Shown one piece after another: positions 29,154 to 37,710 of a DNA stretch of 64,000 nt. This DNA comes from a bacterium (GTDB lineage: Bacteria; Myxococcota_A; UBA9160; SZUA-336): contig JAAELY010000266.1 in assembly GCA_024226335.1 (NCBI GenBank), positions 9,515-73,514 of the forward strand, in the 5' to 3' direction. The notes beneath the pieces are model-generated. The model did not search any database, was not told the origin of the DNA, and saw only the letters and a list, made by a program, of their open reading frames with translations. How positions within the stretch are numbered: position 1 is the first letter of the stretch; every line of letters begins with the position of its first letter. The translations under genes and the position numbers were made by a program.

Positions 29154-30019
29154 CAGGAATAGATGTGACGATGGCAGAACCTCAAAACTCAGAAATGCTC
29201 TCCGAAAATCCGATTCAGCGCCTCGGTGCGCTCGTGTTGGTGCTCTTGCTCGTGCTGCCGATCACTGCTCACGCGGCCGGTTACAAGGAAACCCGGGTAG
29301 AAAACGGCGGGAGCATCACCGGCAAGCTGAGTTTCTCCGGTGAACTCCCGGCCGACGCCGTCGAAATGATCGCGGTCAACAAGAACCCGGAAGTCTGCGG
29401 AGAAGGCTATCGCGAGGTCGTCTGGGTGGACGTCGAGAACGGCGCGTTGCGCGGTGCCTTCGTCTATCTGCACAAGATCAAGAAAGGCAAGGCCTGGAGC
29501 CCACCAGACGGTGGCAAGTACATGATCAATCAGAAGGGCTGCCGTTTTCGACCTTGGGCCCAGGTCGTTCGCCAGGGCGATATCCATATCAAACACAGCG
29601 ACCAGGGTGTGCAACACAACATCAATATGGTCGAACTGATCGGGGTCGACAAAGGGCGAGCGGTCGAGAGGCCGCTGATCAATCGCAATCAGCCCGATCC
29701 CGGTGAAGCCATCGAGCAGATCAAGACGGTTCGCGCGCCTCATATCGCCATGAACTGCCAGGTTCACAACTTCATGTTCGGTTTCATGATGGCTCCTAAG
29801 AGTCCGTACGCCGTGGCGGTTGAAGAGGATGGCAGTTACGTCCTCGACAACGTGCCCGCGGGCAAATACACGCTCAAATCGTGGCATCCCCGGCTGGGAG
29901 TCCAGAAGAAGAAAATCACCGTTCCCGCGAACGGAGAGGTGGTCGCCGACTTCGAGTACACAAAAGACTCGGCTTCGAAGAAGCGAAGGCGACCCAGAAA
30001 GACCAAGGCAGAGAAATGA
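29150..30019 (+). CDS. Exported cupredoxin-like / carboxypeptidase-regulatory-like domain protein
   Basis: Signal peptide (AHA); HNIN and CQVHNFM; DGSYVLDNVPAGKYTLKSWHP; ATGA coupling to the upstream gene. Confidence 0.75.
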   Translation: MTGIDVTMAEPQNSEMLSENPIQRLGALVLVLLLVLPITAHAAGYKETRVENGGSITGKLSFSGELPADAVEMIAVNKNPEVCGEGYREVVWVDVENGALRGAFVYLHKIKKGKAWSPPDGGKYMINQKGCRFRPWAQVVRQGDIHIKHSDQGVQHNINMVELIGVDKGRAVERPLINRNQPDPGEAIEQIKTVRAPHIAMNCQVHNFMFGFMMAPKSPYAVAVEEDGSYVLDNVPAGKYTLKSWHPRLGVQKKKITVPANGEVVADFEYTKDSASKKRRRPRKTKAEK

Positions 30020-31239
30020 CCGAAGAACACGGAGAACGAATCGTGATCACATCAGCACGGAGATTTGCTAAACGAATTCAGCTCGCGATGGCCTGTGCCG
30101 CGACTGCGTTGATGGTTCTCGCTGGCGCTATTGCAGTGGGAACGACGGAGACGGCCCGAGCCGAATCGGCGGATGAAGCGGGCGCATATCCGGCGATCGG
30201 CCCCTTGCCGACCCGAGATGCCCCGAAGGCCTCACTGGTCGAGATGGGTCGGCGCCTGTTCTTCGATCCGCGAATTTCCGGGGATGCCGGTCAGAGCTGC
30301 GCGACCTGTCACGATCCCGCGCAGGGATTCACTCGACAGACCGATGTCGAAGGCAAACCCATGCTCCTGTCCGACGCGTATCCGGGCATTCTCTACTTCC
30401 GCAATACACCGACATTGATCAATACCGCTTTTAAGGCGGACTTTGCCAACGTTGGTTGGGCCTGGGACGGTCGCATGGGTGCCAACCTGAACGATGTCGT
30501 TCGAGATCAGCTGACCGAGAGCATGATCATGAATATGGACATGCGCCTGATGCACGAGCGCATGAAGCAGGACCCGGTCTACGTAGGCATGTGCAAGGAG
30601 AACTTCGGCGGCGAGTGTAATTCGAGCGCCGGTCGCAAGGCTCTGGTCGCATTCATGGAATCCTTGGTGTCGAAGGACGCTCCCTTCGATAGCGGAACCG
30701 TTTCCGAGGCGGCCGGGCGCGGACGAGTTCTCTTCGAGGGCAAGGCGGACTGCATCCGCTGTCACAACGGTTCCTACTTCTCCGACGGTGAGGCGCATGA
30801 TACCGGCGTTTCCGAGAACCTGGATATCTTCCGAGATCCGTTGCGGCATGTCGGTCTGCGTGCCGTGTACAGCAATCACGGTGTGCCCAAGACGGATATG
30901 TGGCGGCGAGACGTCGGCTATTTCCTGGTGAGCAAGAACTACGGAGACGTGGGCAGTTTTATTACTCCGACGTTGCGGGAGCTCAAGTACACGGCTCCCT
31001 ATATGCACAACGGTGTGATCGGCACGCTGAATGAGGTCGTGGAGTTCTACGACCAGGGCGGCGGGCACGACGATCCACTGGCGAATGAGCTGAAACCTCT
31101 CGGACTTAGTACGGAGGAGAAGAGTGATCTCGTCGCCTTCCTCGAGAGTCTTTCCAGCGCCACTCCGATCGCTGTCGAGCTGGTGGAGATCCCCGAAACC
31201 TACGAGCCGATCGACGAATGGCTCGGCGTCCACAACTGA
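30016..31239 (+). CDS. Diheme cytochrome c peroxidase/MauG family protein (IdrP-like, first copy)
   Basis: LFFDPRIS, CATCH, WDGR, CIRCH, TPTLR...PYMHNG; ATGA coupling. Confidence 0.92.
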   Translation: MTEEHGERIVITSARRFAKRIQLAMACAATALMVLAGAIAVGTTETARAESADEAGAYPAIGPLPTRDAPKASLVEMGRRLFFDPRISGDAGQSCATCHDPAQGFTRQTDVEGKPMLLSDAYPGILYFRNTPTLINTAFKADFANVGWAWDGRMGANLNDVVRDQLTESMIMNMDMRLMHERMKQDPVYVGMCKENFGGECNSSAGRKALVAFMESLVSKDAPFDSGTVSEAAGRGRVLFEGKADCIRCHNGSYFSDGEAHDTGVSENLDIFRDPLRHVGLRAVYSNHGVPKTDMWRRDVGYFLVSKNYGDVGSFITPTLRELKYTAPYMHNGVIGTLNEVVEFYDQGGGHDDPLANELKPLGLSTEEKSDLVAFLESLSSATPIAVELVEIPETYEPIDEWLGVHN

Positions 31240-31282
31240 TTTCAGGCGTCCCGTACGACACCGCAGTTTGAAGGTAAACAAA

Positions 31283-32521
31283 ATGAAGTCGCCAAACAGA
31301 ACGCAGGGCTTGTTGATCGCGCTCTTGCTCGTCGTCGCTCCTGTGGCATTCGCCCAGGAAGACCCCGATTTCGATCCGCCTCTGGCACCACTTCCGCCAC
31401 CACCGGCGCCTCCGGACAACCCGATCACGCCCGCGAAGACGGAGCTCGGCAAACTCCTGTTCTTCGACACACGCTTGACGGGTGACGCGAGCTTGAGTTG
31501 TGGCGACTGTCACGATCCGAAGAAGGGTTGGGGCTCCAGCGGACCGATCTCGCGCGGTTATCCCGGTGCGGTCCACTGGCGCAATTCCCATACTGCCGTG
31601 AACTCCGCCTACCTGGGGAAACTCTTCTGGCAGGGAAGCGCCAAGAGCCTCGAAGGCCAGGCTCCGACCGCCAATCGCGGTGCGGTGGCGGGAAATGGCG
31701 AGCGGGACGTGATGCAGAGTCGGCTTCGCCAGACTCCCTACTACATCAAGGCATTCAAGGAAGTCTTCGGCACCGAGCGACCCAATCTCGGCGACGCCTG
31801 GCAGGCTGTCGCGACGTTCGAACGCGCGGCGTTGTCTCAGCTCGATACGCCACTGGACCAGTATCTCGCGGGCGACGAGTCGGCTCTTTCCGAAGAGGCG
31901 ATCGAGGGACTCGAGTTGTTCCGCGGCAAGGCCGGTTGCATCGAGTGCCACAACGGCCCTCTGCTCACGGATGAGAAATACTACAACCTGGGTCTACCGC
32001 GGCCCATCGAGTGGGAATCGATCGGTCTGAACACGATCACCTTCCGCTGGGAGACCTACGCCAAGGGTGCTCCCGAAAAGAGCTATCGAGAGTGGAAGGA
32101 CGACGCGGGGCTGTACTTCACGACCAAGCGCAAGGATGACATCGGGAAGTTCCGCACTCAGCCACTCCGGTATCTCCTGTACACCCCTCCGTACGGGCAC
32201 GCCGGGCAGTTCTACACACTGGAGGAGGTCGTCGACTTTTACGACGAAGGTGGAGGCGAGAACGAGTTCACCGATGGCACACACGGTTTCAATACGAAGA
32301 CGCCGATCCTGAAGCCTCTCAATCTCAGCGATGAAGAGAAAGAGGTGTTGGTGATCTTCCTGGAAGAAATCAGCGGTGAGGAAATCACGATGGCCGTTCC
32401 GAAGATCCCAATGTACGAGGCGATGCCCGATGTGGCTGAACTGACGCAAGCTTCGGCCAAGCGAATCGGCCTCGAGACGTATCTGTCCTCTCTTGCTGGA
32501 AAGGAGGAGGTGAGCAAATGA
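31283..32521 (+). CDS. Diheme cytochrome c peroxidase/MauG family protein (IdrP-like, second copy)
   Basis: Signal peptide; PPDNP...LFFDTRL, CGDCH, FWQG, CIECH, PYGHAG. Confidence 0.92.
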   Translation: MKSPNRTQGLLIALLLVVAPVAFAQEDPDFDPPLAPLPPPPAPPDNPITPAKTELGKLLFFDTRLTGDASLSCGDCHDPKKGWGSSGPISRGYPGAVHWRNSHTAVNSAYLGKLFWQGSAKSLEGQAPTANRGAVAGNGERDVMQSRLRQTPYYIKAFKEVFGTERPNLGDAWQAVATFERAALSQLDTPLDQYLAGDESALSEEAIEGLELFRGKAGCIECHNGPLLTDEKYYNLGLPRPIEWESIGLNTITFRWETYAKGAPEKSYREWKDDAGLYFTTKRKDDIGKFRTQPLRYLLYTPPYGHAGQFYTLEEVVDFYDEGGGENEFTDGTHGFNTKTPILKPLNLSDEEKEVLVIFLEEISGEEITMAVPKIPMYEAMPDVAELTQASAKRIGLETYLSSLAGKEEVSK

Positions 32522-33072
32522 CCGAGCAGAAGAAATCCTCGTCGTGTCGGGGTGGTTGCATTACCAGACGTGAGGCTCTGCTAGGAGGCGCTGGAGTGAT
32601 CACCAGCACCGTCTTGCTCAGCACTCTTCCCGGATGCGAGAAAAGCGAACCGGTGCCCGTTCAGGTGTCCCGTCATCCGGGCAAGCTGATCGGCAAGCTG
32701 AGTGAGTTGAAACAGAATCAATCCGTATCTTTTTCATTTCCGGAAGGCGCCGCCAACGCGACGGGCATGTTGATCAAGATGGGTGTTCAGGCCGGAGGAG
32801 GCATCGGACCGGAACAGGACATCGTCGCTTTCAATACGACCTGTCCTCACATGGGCGGACAACTCTACGGGCGCTACATACCCGAGGAGCAGGCTCTGGG
32901 CGCCTGTCCCCATCACCTTTCATCGTTCGACCTGACTCGCCACGGCATGGTCATCGCCGGCCATGCCACCGAGAGCTTGCCGCAAGTGCTGCTTGAACTC
33001 GACGGAGACGACATCTACGCCGTGGGCCTGATTGGTCTGATCTACGGCCACACTTCAAATCCCGAAGCCTGA
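32518..33072 (+). CDS. AioB/IdrB-type Rieske small subunit, Tat-exported
   Basis: TRREALL twin-Arg; GGIGPEQDIVAF, CPHMG and CPHH ligands, GHATESLPQ. Confidence 0.92.
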   Translation: MTEQKKSSSCRGGCITRREALLGGAGVITSTVLLSTLPGCEKSEPVPVQVSRHPGKLIGKLSELKQNQSVSFSFPEGAANATGMLIKMGVQAGGGIGPEQDIVAFNTTCPHMGGQLYGRYIPEEQALGACPHHLSSFDLTRHGMVIAGHATESLPQVLLELDGDDIYAVGLIGLIYGHTSNPEA

Positions 33073-33088
33073 TCGAGGAATAGGAATC

Positions 33089-35782
33089 ATGTCTGCAAAA
33101 GATTCAAAGCCATTCTACAAGTCGTCGGAGCAGGTTCCGCTTCCGCCAAAAGATGCCGAGGTCCTCACCACGTGTTGCGACTACTGCATCGTGGCGTGTG
33201 GACAGAAGGTCTACCGCTGGCCCGCCGACGGTCCCAACGGGGGCATGAAGAAGAGCGAAAATGCGCTCAACCGAGATTACCCATTGGCTCCGATGGTGGG
33301 CAACTGGCTTGGACCGAACCAGTTCACCCAGGCGATGCACAACGGGAAGCTCCACAATATTGCCGTCGTACCGGACGGCGACGCGACCGTCGTCAATGTG
33401 GGCGGAAATCACAGTATTCGCGGTGGTTGCATTGCCCAGAAGGTGTACAGCGAGAAGAAGCCGACTCGGGATCGCTTGAAGCACCCGATGATTCGCATCG
33501 CCGGGAAACTGACACCGGTGAGCTGGGACCTGGCCCTGGACGTCGCCGCCGAGGTCTCCAAGCACGTCATCAAGCACCACGGCGAAGACGCCTGGGCCCT
33601 GAAGTACTTCAGCTATCAGTTCTACGAGAACACGTACGCGCTCACGCGCTTGGCGTTCAAGAGCATCAATACGATGGCGGTCGCCCAGCACGACCACCCG
33701 GCGATCGTGGATGCGACTCCCGGCTGGACGGATATCGGCTACGACAGTTTCCCGTCGTCGTACGAGGACTTCCTGCACGCCGATTGCGTCGTGATCTCCG
33801 GAGTGGATCCGTTCGAGACCAAGTCGGTGTTGTGGAGCGAGTGGATTTCTCGGGGCATGATCGAGAACAAGACGAAACTCGTGATGATCAATCCCAGAAA
33901 GACGGTCGGCGTTGCCGCGGCCGAGAAGAACGGCGGTCTGCACCTGGATGTGAATCCCGGCTCCGATACCGTCGTACACATGGCGATCGAGCGTGTGATC
34001 CTGGAAAACGGTTGGGAGGACACCGAGTTCATCAAGAACTGGGTGAACAATTTCTGGGAGACCGATTCCGGTTTCGGTCAGGGAACCCGCAACACGCCCT
34101 GGCAGTGGCGAACCACCTGGGGGAAATTCCAGGTCAAGGACTTCGCCGACTGGAAGAAGTGGATTCTGGAGCAGGAAGAGTCCAAGCCCGATGTCGCTGC
34201 GGCGATTGCCGGGATCGACCCTCAGAAGATCTACAAGGCCGCAGAGATGATGGCCAAGCCGAAAGCTGATGGCGAACGGCCCAAGACCATGATCGCGATC
34301 GAAAAGGGCAACTACTGGTCCAATAACTATCTGAACACTGTTTCGATCGGTACGCTAGGCGTGATTCTCGGATGCAGTGGTCGCAAGGGACGTGGCATCA
34401 CTCGTCTGGGTGGCCACCAGCGCGGTGGGCGGAGCGGGGGCAAGTATCCGACCTGGAAGTCTCCCTACAAGATGCCCGGTCGGCGCCATCATCGGATCGA
34501 CCTGGACCGCTGGGTCGAAGATGGCCACGTGCGCTTTGCCTACGTCGTCGGTACGACGTGGATCCAGTCCATGGCCGGTTCGGGTGATCTGAAGCAGACT
34601 TTCCAAGCGAAGACTCGCGACAATCCGCATCAGATTCAGTCAGCGGATAAGCAGCACATCATCGATACGCTCAAGAAACGAGTCGAGTCGGGCGGGATGG
34701 TGGTCGCCCACCAGGATCTCTATCTCATCGAACCCATCGGTAGTGAATTTGCCGACATCGTGCTTCCTGCTTCGGGTTGGGGCGAGTCGGATTTCACGCG
34801 CTGCAACGGAGAACGTCGCATTCGCCTGTACTCCGGCTTCTACGATCCGCCGGGAGAAGCCTTGCCCGACTGGAAGATCGTTTCCATGTTCGCGAAGAAG
34901 ATGGGATTCGAGGGCTACGACTGGAAGGAGTCCAATGACGTTTTCGAGGAGACCTGTCGCTTCAGTCGAGGCGGTCGAACCGATTACAACGTCTTGCGCA
35001 CGGTCGCCAAACGGAAGGGCATGAAGACCCACGACCTGCTTCGGACCTACGGTACGACTGGATTGCAGTGTCCGCTGCTCCTCGATGGAGAGAAGATCAT
35101 CGAGACCAAACGACTGCACGATTTCGAACGCGATGATCTACCTGCCACGGGGCCAGCGGGGGTGAGCGTTCAGCGCAAGAACCTGATGGCCTTCAAGACG
35201 CACACCGGCAAGCTGAACCTGTTGAAGTCACCCTGGAATATCTGGTCCGATTTCTACGAGTTCATGCGACCCAAAGACGATGAGCTGTGGGTAACCAACG
35301 GGCGCGTCAACGAGATCTGGCAATCGGGTTTCGACGATACAGAGCGTCGTCCGTACATTCAGCAGCGCTGGCCGGACAACTTCCTCGAGATCCATGAGGA
35401 AGATGCGCGCGCCCGCGGCATCGAAACCGGTGACCGCGTCGAGATCGAGTCGAAACGCGTTCCCGTCCAAAAGGATTTCAATCTGGGCGTCAAGAGCGAC
35501 GATATGTGGTTCTCTGGTCTGATGAAGCGCAACCACATCAAGATCGTCACCGGAAAATTCGAAGCGGTGGCTATCATCACTCCGGTCGTGAAAAAGGGAG
35601 TGGTCTTTACGAACTTCCTGGACAAGAACCAACCGGCCAATAGCATCACGCCGAGGGTTCCGGATCCGCTCAGCATGAACTACCGCTTCAAGCTCTCATC
35701 GGGAACGGTCAAGAAGATCGGTGAATCCCCTTACAAGGACACCTACGCCCAGATGAGCCTCAAGAGGCGGAATATCGTTTAG
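33089..35782 (+). CDS. DMSO-reductase family molybdoenzyme, AioA/IdrA clade large subunit (iodate reductase-like)
   Basis: VPLPP, CDYCIVAC...SIRG 3Fe-4S motif, EKGNYW, RLGGHQRG, NGERRIRL, NGRVNEIWQ molybdopterin dinucleotide domain; no signal peptide. Confidence 0.92.
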   Translation: MSAKDSKPFYKSSEQVPLPPKDAEVLTTCCDYCIVACGQKVYRWPADGPNGGMKKSENALNRDYPLAPMVGNWLGPNQFTQAMHNGKLHNIAVVPDGDATVVNVGGNHSIRGGCIAQKVYSEKKPTRDRLKHPMIRIAGKLTPVSWDLALDVAAEVSKHVIKHHGEDAWALKYFSYQFYENTYALTRLAFKSINTMAVAQHDHPAIVDATPGWTDIGYDSFPSSYEDFLHADCVVISGVDPFETKSVLWSEWISRGMIENKTKLVMINPRKTVGVAAAEKNGGLHLDVNPGSDTVVHMAIERVILENGWEDTEFIKNWVNNFWETDSGFGQGTRNTPWQWRTTWGKFQVKDFADWKKWILEQEESKPDVAAAIAGIDPQKIYKAAEMMAKPKADGERPKTMIAIEKGNYWSNNYLNTVSIGTLGVILGCSGRKGRGITRLGGHQRGGRSGGKYPTWKSPYKMPGRRHHRIDLDRWVEDGHVRFAYVVGTTWIQSMAGSGDLKQTFQAKTRDNPHQIQSADKQHIIDTLKKRVESGGMVVAHQDLYLIEPIGSEFADIVLPASGWGESDFTRCNGERRIRLYSGFYDPPGEALPDWKIVSMFAKKMGFEGYDWKESNDVFEETCRFSRGGRTDYNVLRTVAKRKGMKTHDLLRTYGTTGLQCPLLLDGEKIIETKRLHDFERDDLPATGPAGVSVQRKNLMAFKTHTGKLNLLKSPWNIWSDFYEFMRPKDDELWVTNGRVNEIWQSGFDDTERRPYIQQRWPDNFLEIHEEDARARGIETGDRVEIESKRVPVQKDFNLGVKSDDMWFSGLMKRNHIKIVTGKFEAVAIITPVVKKGVVFTNFLDKNQPANSITPRVPDPLSMNYRFKLSSGTVKKIGESPYKDTYAQMSLKRRNIV

Positions 35783-35787
35783 CGACA

Positions 35788-35825
35788 CCGACGCGGAGTT
35801 CCGGTGAGCCGGAACTCCGCGTCGG
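35788..35825. terminator. Perfect 17-bp inverted repeat between convergent genes
   Basis: CCGACGCGGAGTTCCGG-TGAG-CCGGAACTCCGCGTCGG directly after the molybdoenzyme stop; no U-tract. Confidence 0.75.
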
Positions 35826-35828
35826 CCG

Positions 35829-36668
35829 TCACTTCGCTCCTTCACGCTCGTACAGGATGGGATTCAACGGGCTCGCGATCGGATCGCCGACCGCGCAACC
35901 CGGTGCCCAGCGCTTCTGATCGTATTCCTGGAACGCGTCGGCCGGTTCCGCGACGCGCATGTCTCGATCCATATAGATCATCGTCATGGCGGCGCGGGTT
36001 TCTTCGGTCTGGTTCGGGTCCGCCCGGTGGAACGTGAAGCCGTAGTGGAAGCTCACGTCTCCTAGTTCGTAGGGCTCGGCGACCACGCGGATTCCGGCCG
36101 CCGAAAGCGAAGCGGCGATCTCACTCTCTCCGCGCTCACTGATCCCGAAGCGCCGCCCGTGATCCGTTTCCTGGGTTCCCACTGCAAAGGCCAGGGCTCC
36201 CGCTTCGACGGACGTCGCCTGCAGCGGAATCCAGGCGGTGATGCTCAGTCCGCTCGACATCGGCCAGAAGAACTGATCGACGTGCCATGGGGTCGCTCCA
36301 CCGCCGGTTTCCTTGTAGAGCGCCTGGTCGTGCCACATGCGCACGCCTTCGCATCCCAGTAGTTCGTTGGCGATGCGCGCGCAGCGCAGGTTCAGACTGA
36401 AGGGACGGATGGCTTCGTGGCGCTCCCAGAGGTTCGTGATCTGGATGAAGGCCTGCGCGTAGGCGTTTCGCTCTTCCAGCGGGAGCACGTTCGGATCTTC
36501 CGCCGAAACGATGCTCGTGATCTGCTCTGCGAAAAACTCCAGAAGCTCCTTCGAGAAGACCCCGGGAAGCCGGATGAAACCATCGCTGCGATAAGCCGCG
36601 ATCTGCTCGGCGGAAAGAGAGTAGGGACGATCGAGTTCTTCCCGGAAACGCGCGGGTAGATCCTGCAA
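35829..36668 (-). CDS. Phytanoyl-CoA dioxygenase (PhyH) family Fe/2OG enzyme
   Basis: WHDQALYK, TPWHVD (HxD), FHRA, R of the RxS-like site. Confidence 0.88.
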   Translation of the reverse strand: MQDLPARFREELDRPYSLSAEQIAAYRSDGFIRLPGVFSKELLEFFAEQITSIVSAEDPNVLPLEERNAYAQAFIQITNLWERHEAIRPFSLNLRCARIANELLGCEGVRMWHDQALYKETGGGATPWHVDQFFWPMSSGLSITAWIPLQATSVEAGALAFAVGTQETDHGRRFGISERGESEIAASLSAAGIRVVAEPYELGDVSFHYGFTFHRADPNQTEETRAAMTMIYMDRDMRVAEPADAFQEYDQKRWAPGCAVGDPIASPLNPILYEREGAK

Positions 36669-36672
36669 CGCC

Positions 36673-37521
36673 CTAGGCTCCGCTCACCGGAGTCTCATCT
36701 TTGGGAGGTGGGGCGCCTCCGACGAGGATCGGGTACTGCCGATCGGGAGCATCGCAGCGGGTCCGCACGGCCTCGTCGCCAGTTCCCGTAATCACATGGG
36801 CACCGTCGGGTGCGAACTGGACGACGTAGGCGTTGCGCGGGCGGTCCGTCGTCCTATTCGGTCCGGTTTTGTGCGGCGTCAGCGATGAGAAGACGACCAC
36901 CCCGCCGGCACGGACCGGAGCGGCAATCATTTCATACTTGCTCTCGTCTCCCACGCAATCGAAACCGTATTCAGTCTGCTCATGGGCCCAGGTGCCGTCC
37001 CTGTGGTAACCCGGAATAACGACCGGACAGCCGTTCTGCTCGTCGGCATCCGTCAACGCTACCCAGCAGGTCAGATACTGCTGCGGATCCACGTAGGTGT
37101 AGCCATTGTCCTGATGCCACGGAAACTCTTCGGCCATCTGCGGTTTCTTGTACACCGTCTGGTCCCAGTAAAGACGAACGTCTTGGCCGACCAGGTCGTG
37201 CACCAGGTCGCTGAAAAAGCCGCTACGCGTCAACTCCCTGGCCTTCGGCGAGCGGGTCACCATATGTGGCGTGAACGTGATTTCCCCAGAGCGTGCGATG
37301 AACATCTTTCCGCCGAAGCGCTCGTCGAGCATCTCTTCGAACTTGCGCTCGAGTGGGTCGAGTTCGCCGCGCAGAGCCTCGATCGTGGCTGCGTCGAAGA
37401 CGTCTTCGAAGACCAGGAATCCCTTTTCGTCGAATTGCCTGGCCTGCTCCTCGTTGATCAGGCGGAAGGGTCCCTTGTGGTTCTCCCAATGGAAACTCTT
37501 GTTGAGTTCGTGCTTGATCAC
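36673..37521 (-). CDS. Phytanoyl-CoA dioxygenase (PhyH) family Fe/2OG enzyme
   Basis: WDQTVYK, PWHQD, TPHKTGPN. Confidence 0.9.
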   Translation of the reverse strand: MIKHELNKSFHWENHKGPFRLINEEQARQFDEKGFLVFEDVFDAATIEALRGELDPLERKFEEMLDERFGGKMFIARSGEITFTPHMVTRSPKARELTRSGFFSDLVHDLVGQDVRLYWDQTVYKKPQMAEEFPWHQDNGYTYVDPQQYLTCWVALTDADEQNGCPVVIPGYHRDGTWAHEQTEYGFDCVGDESKYEMIAAPVRAGGVVVFSSLTPHKTGPNRTTDRPRNAYVVQFAPDGAHVITGTGDEAVRTRCDAPDRQYPILVGGAPPPKDETPVSGA

Positions 37522-37710
37522 CGATCTCCTCCCGCGGCCATGGCAGCCACTTCAGATGGGCCACTCCTACCTCAGATCCTATCCCAAATACCCCTGATTC
37601 ACGGATCGGCAGCCCTCAGTGGTTGGCCGGGCGAAGTGGTAGGATCGCTAGAAGCGAATCCAAAACACTCAACGGCGTTTCGTTTCGCGCGTTGGAAGAC
37701 TGGAGTACTC

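Noticed and set aside
33089..35782. Calling the locus a canonical arsenite oxidase aioBA
   Set aside because: Active-site segments differ from AioA, two CCP/MauG genes are attached, and no arsenic regulation or resistance genes are nearby; symbol left blank
24260..35825. Operon as a mobile genomic island
   Set aside because: No integrase, transposase, tRNA or flanking direct repeats seen; a composition shift could not be quantified by eye
36982..37710. N-terminal extension of the nitronate monooxygenase (638 aa call)
   Set aside because: Overlaps the opposite-strand PhyH gene; family start MRTDLC at 37711
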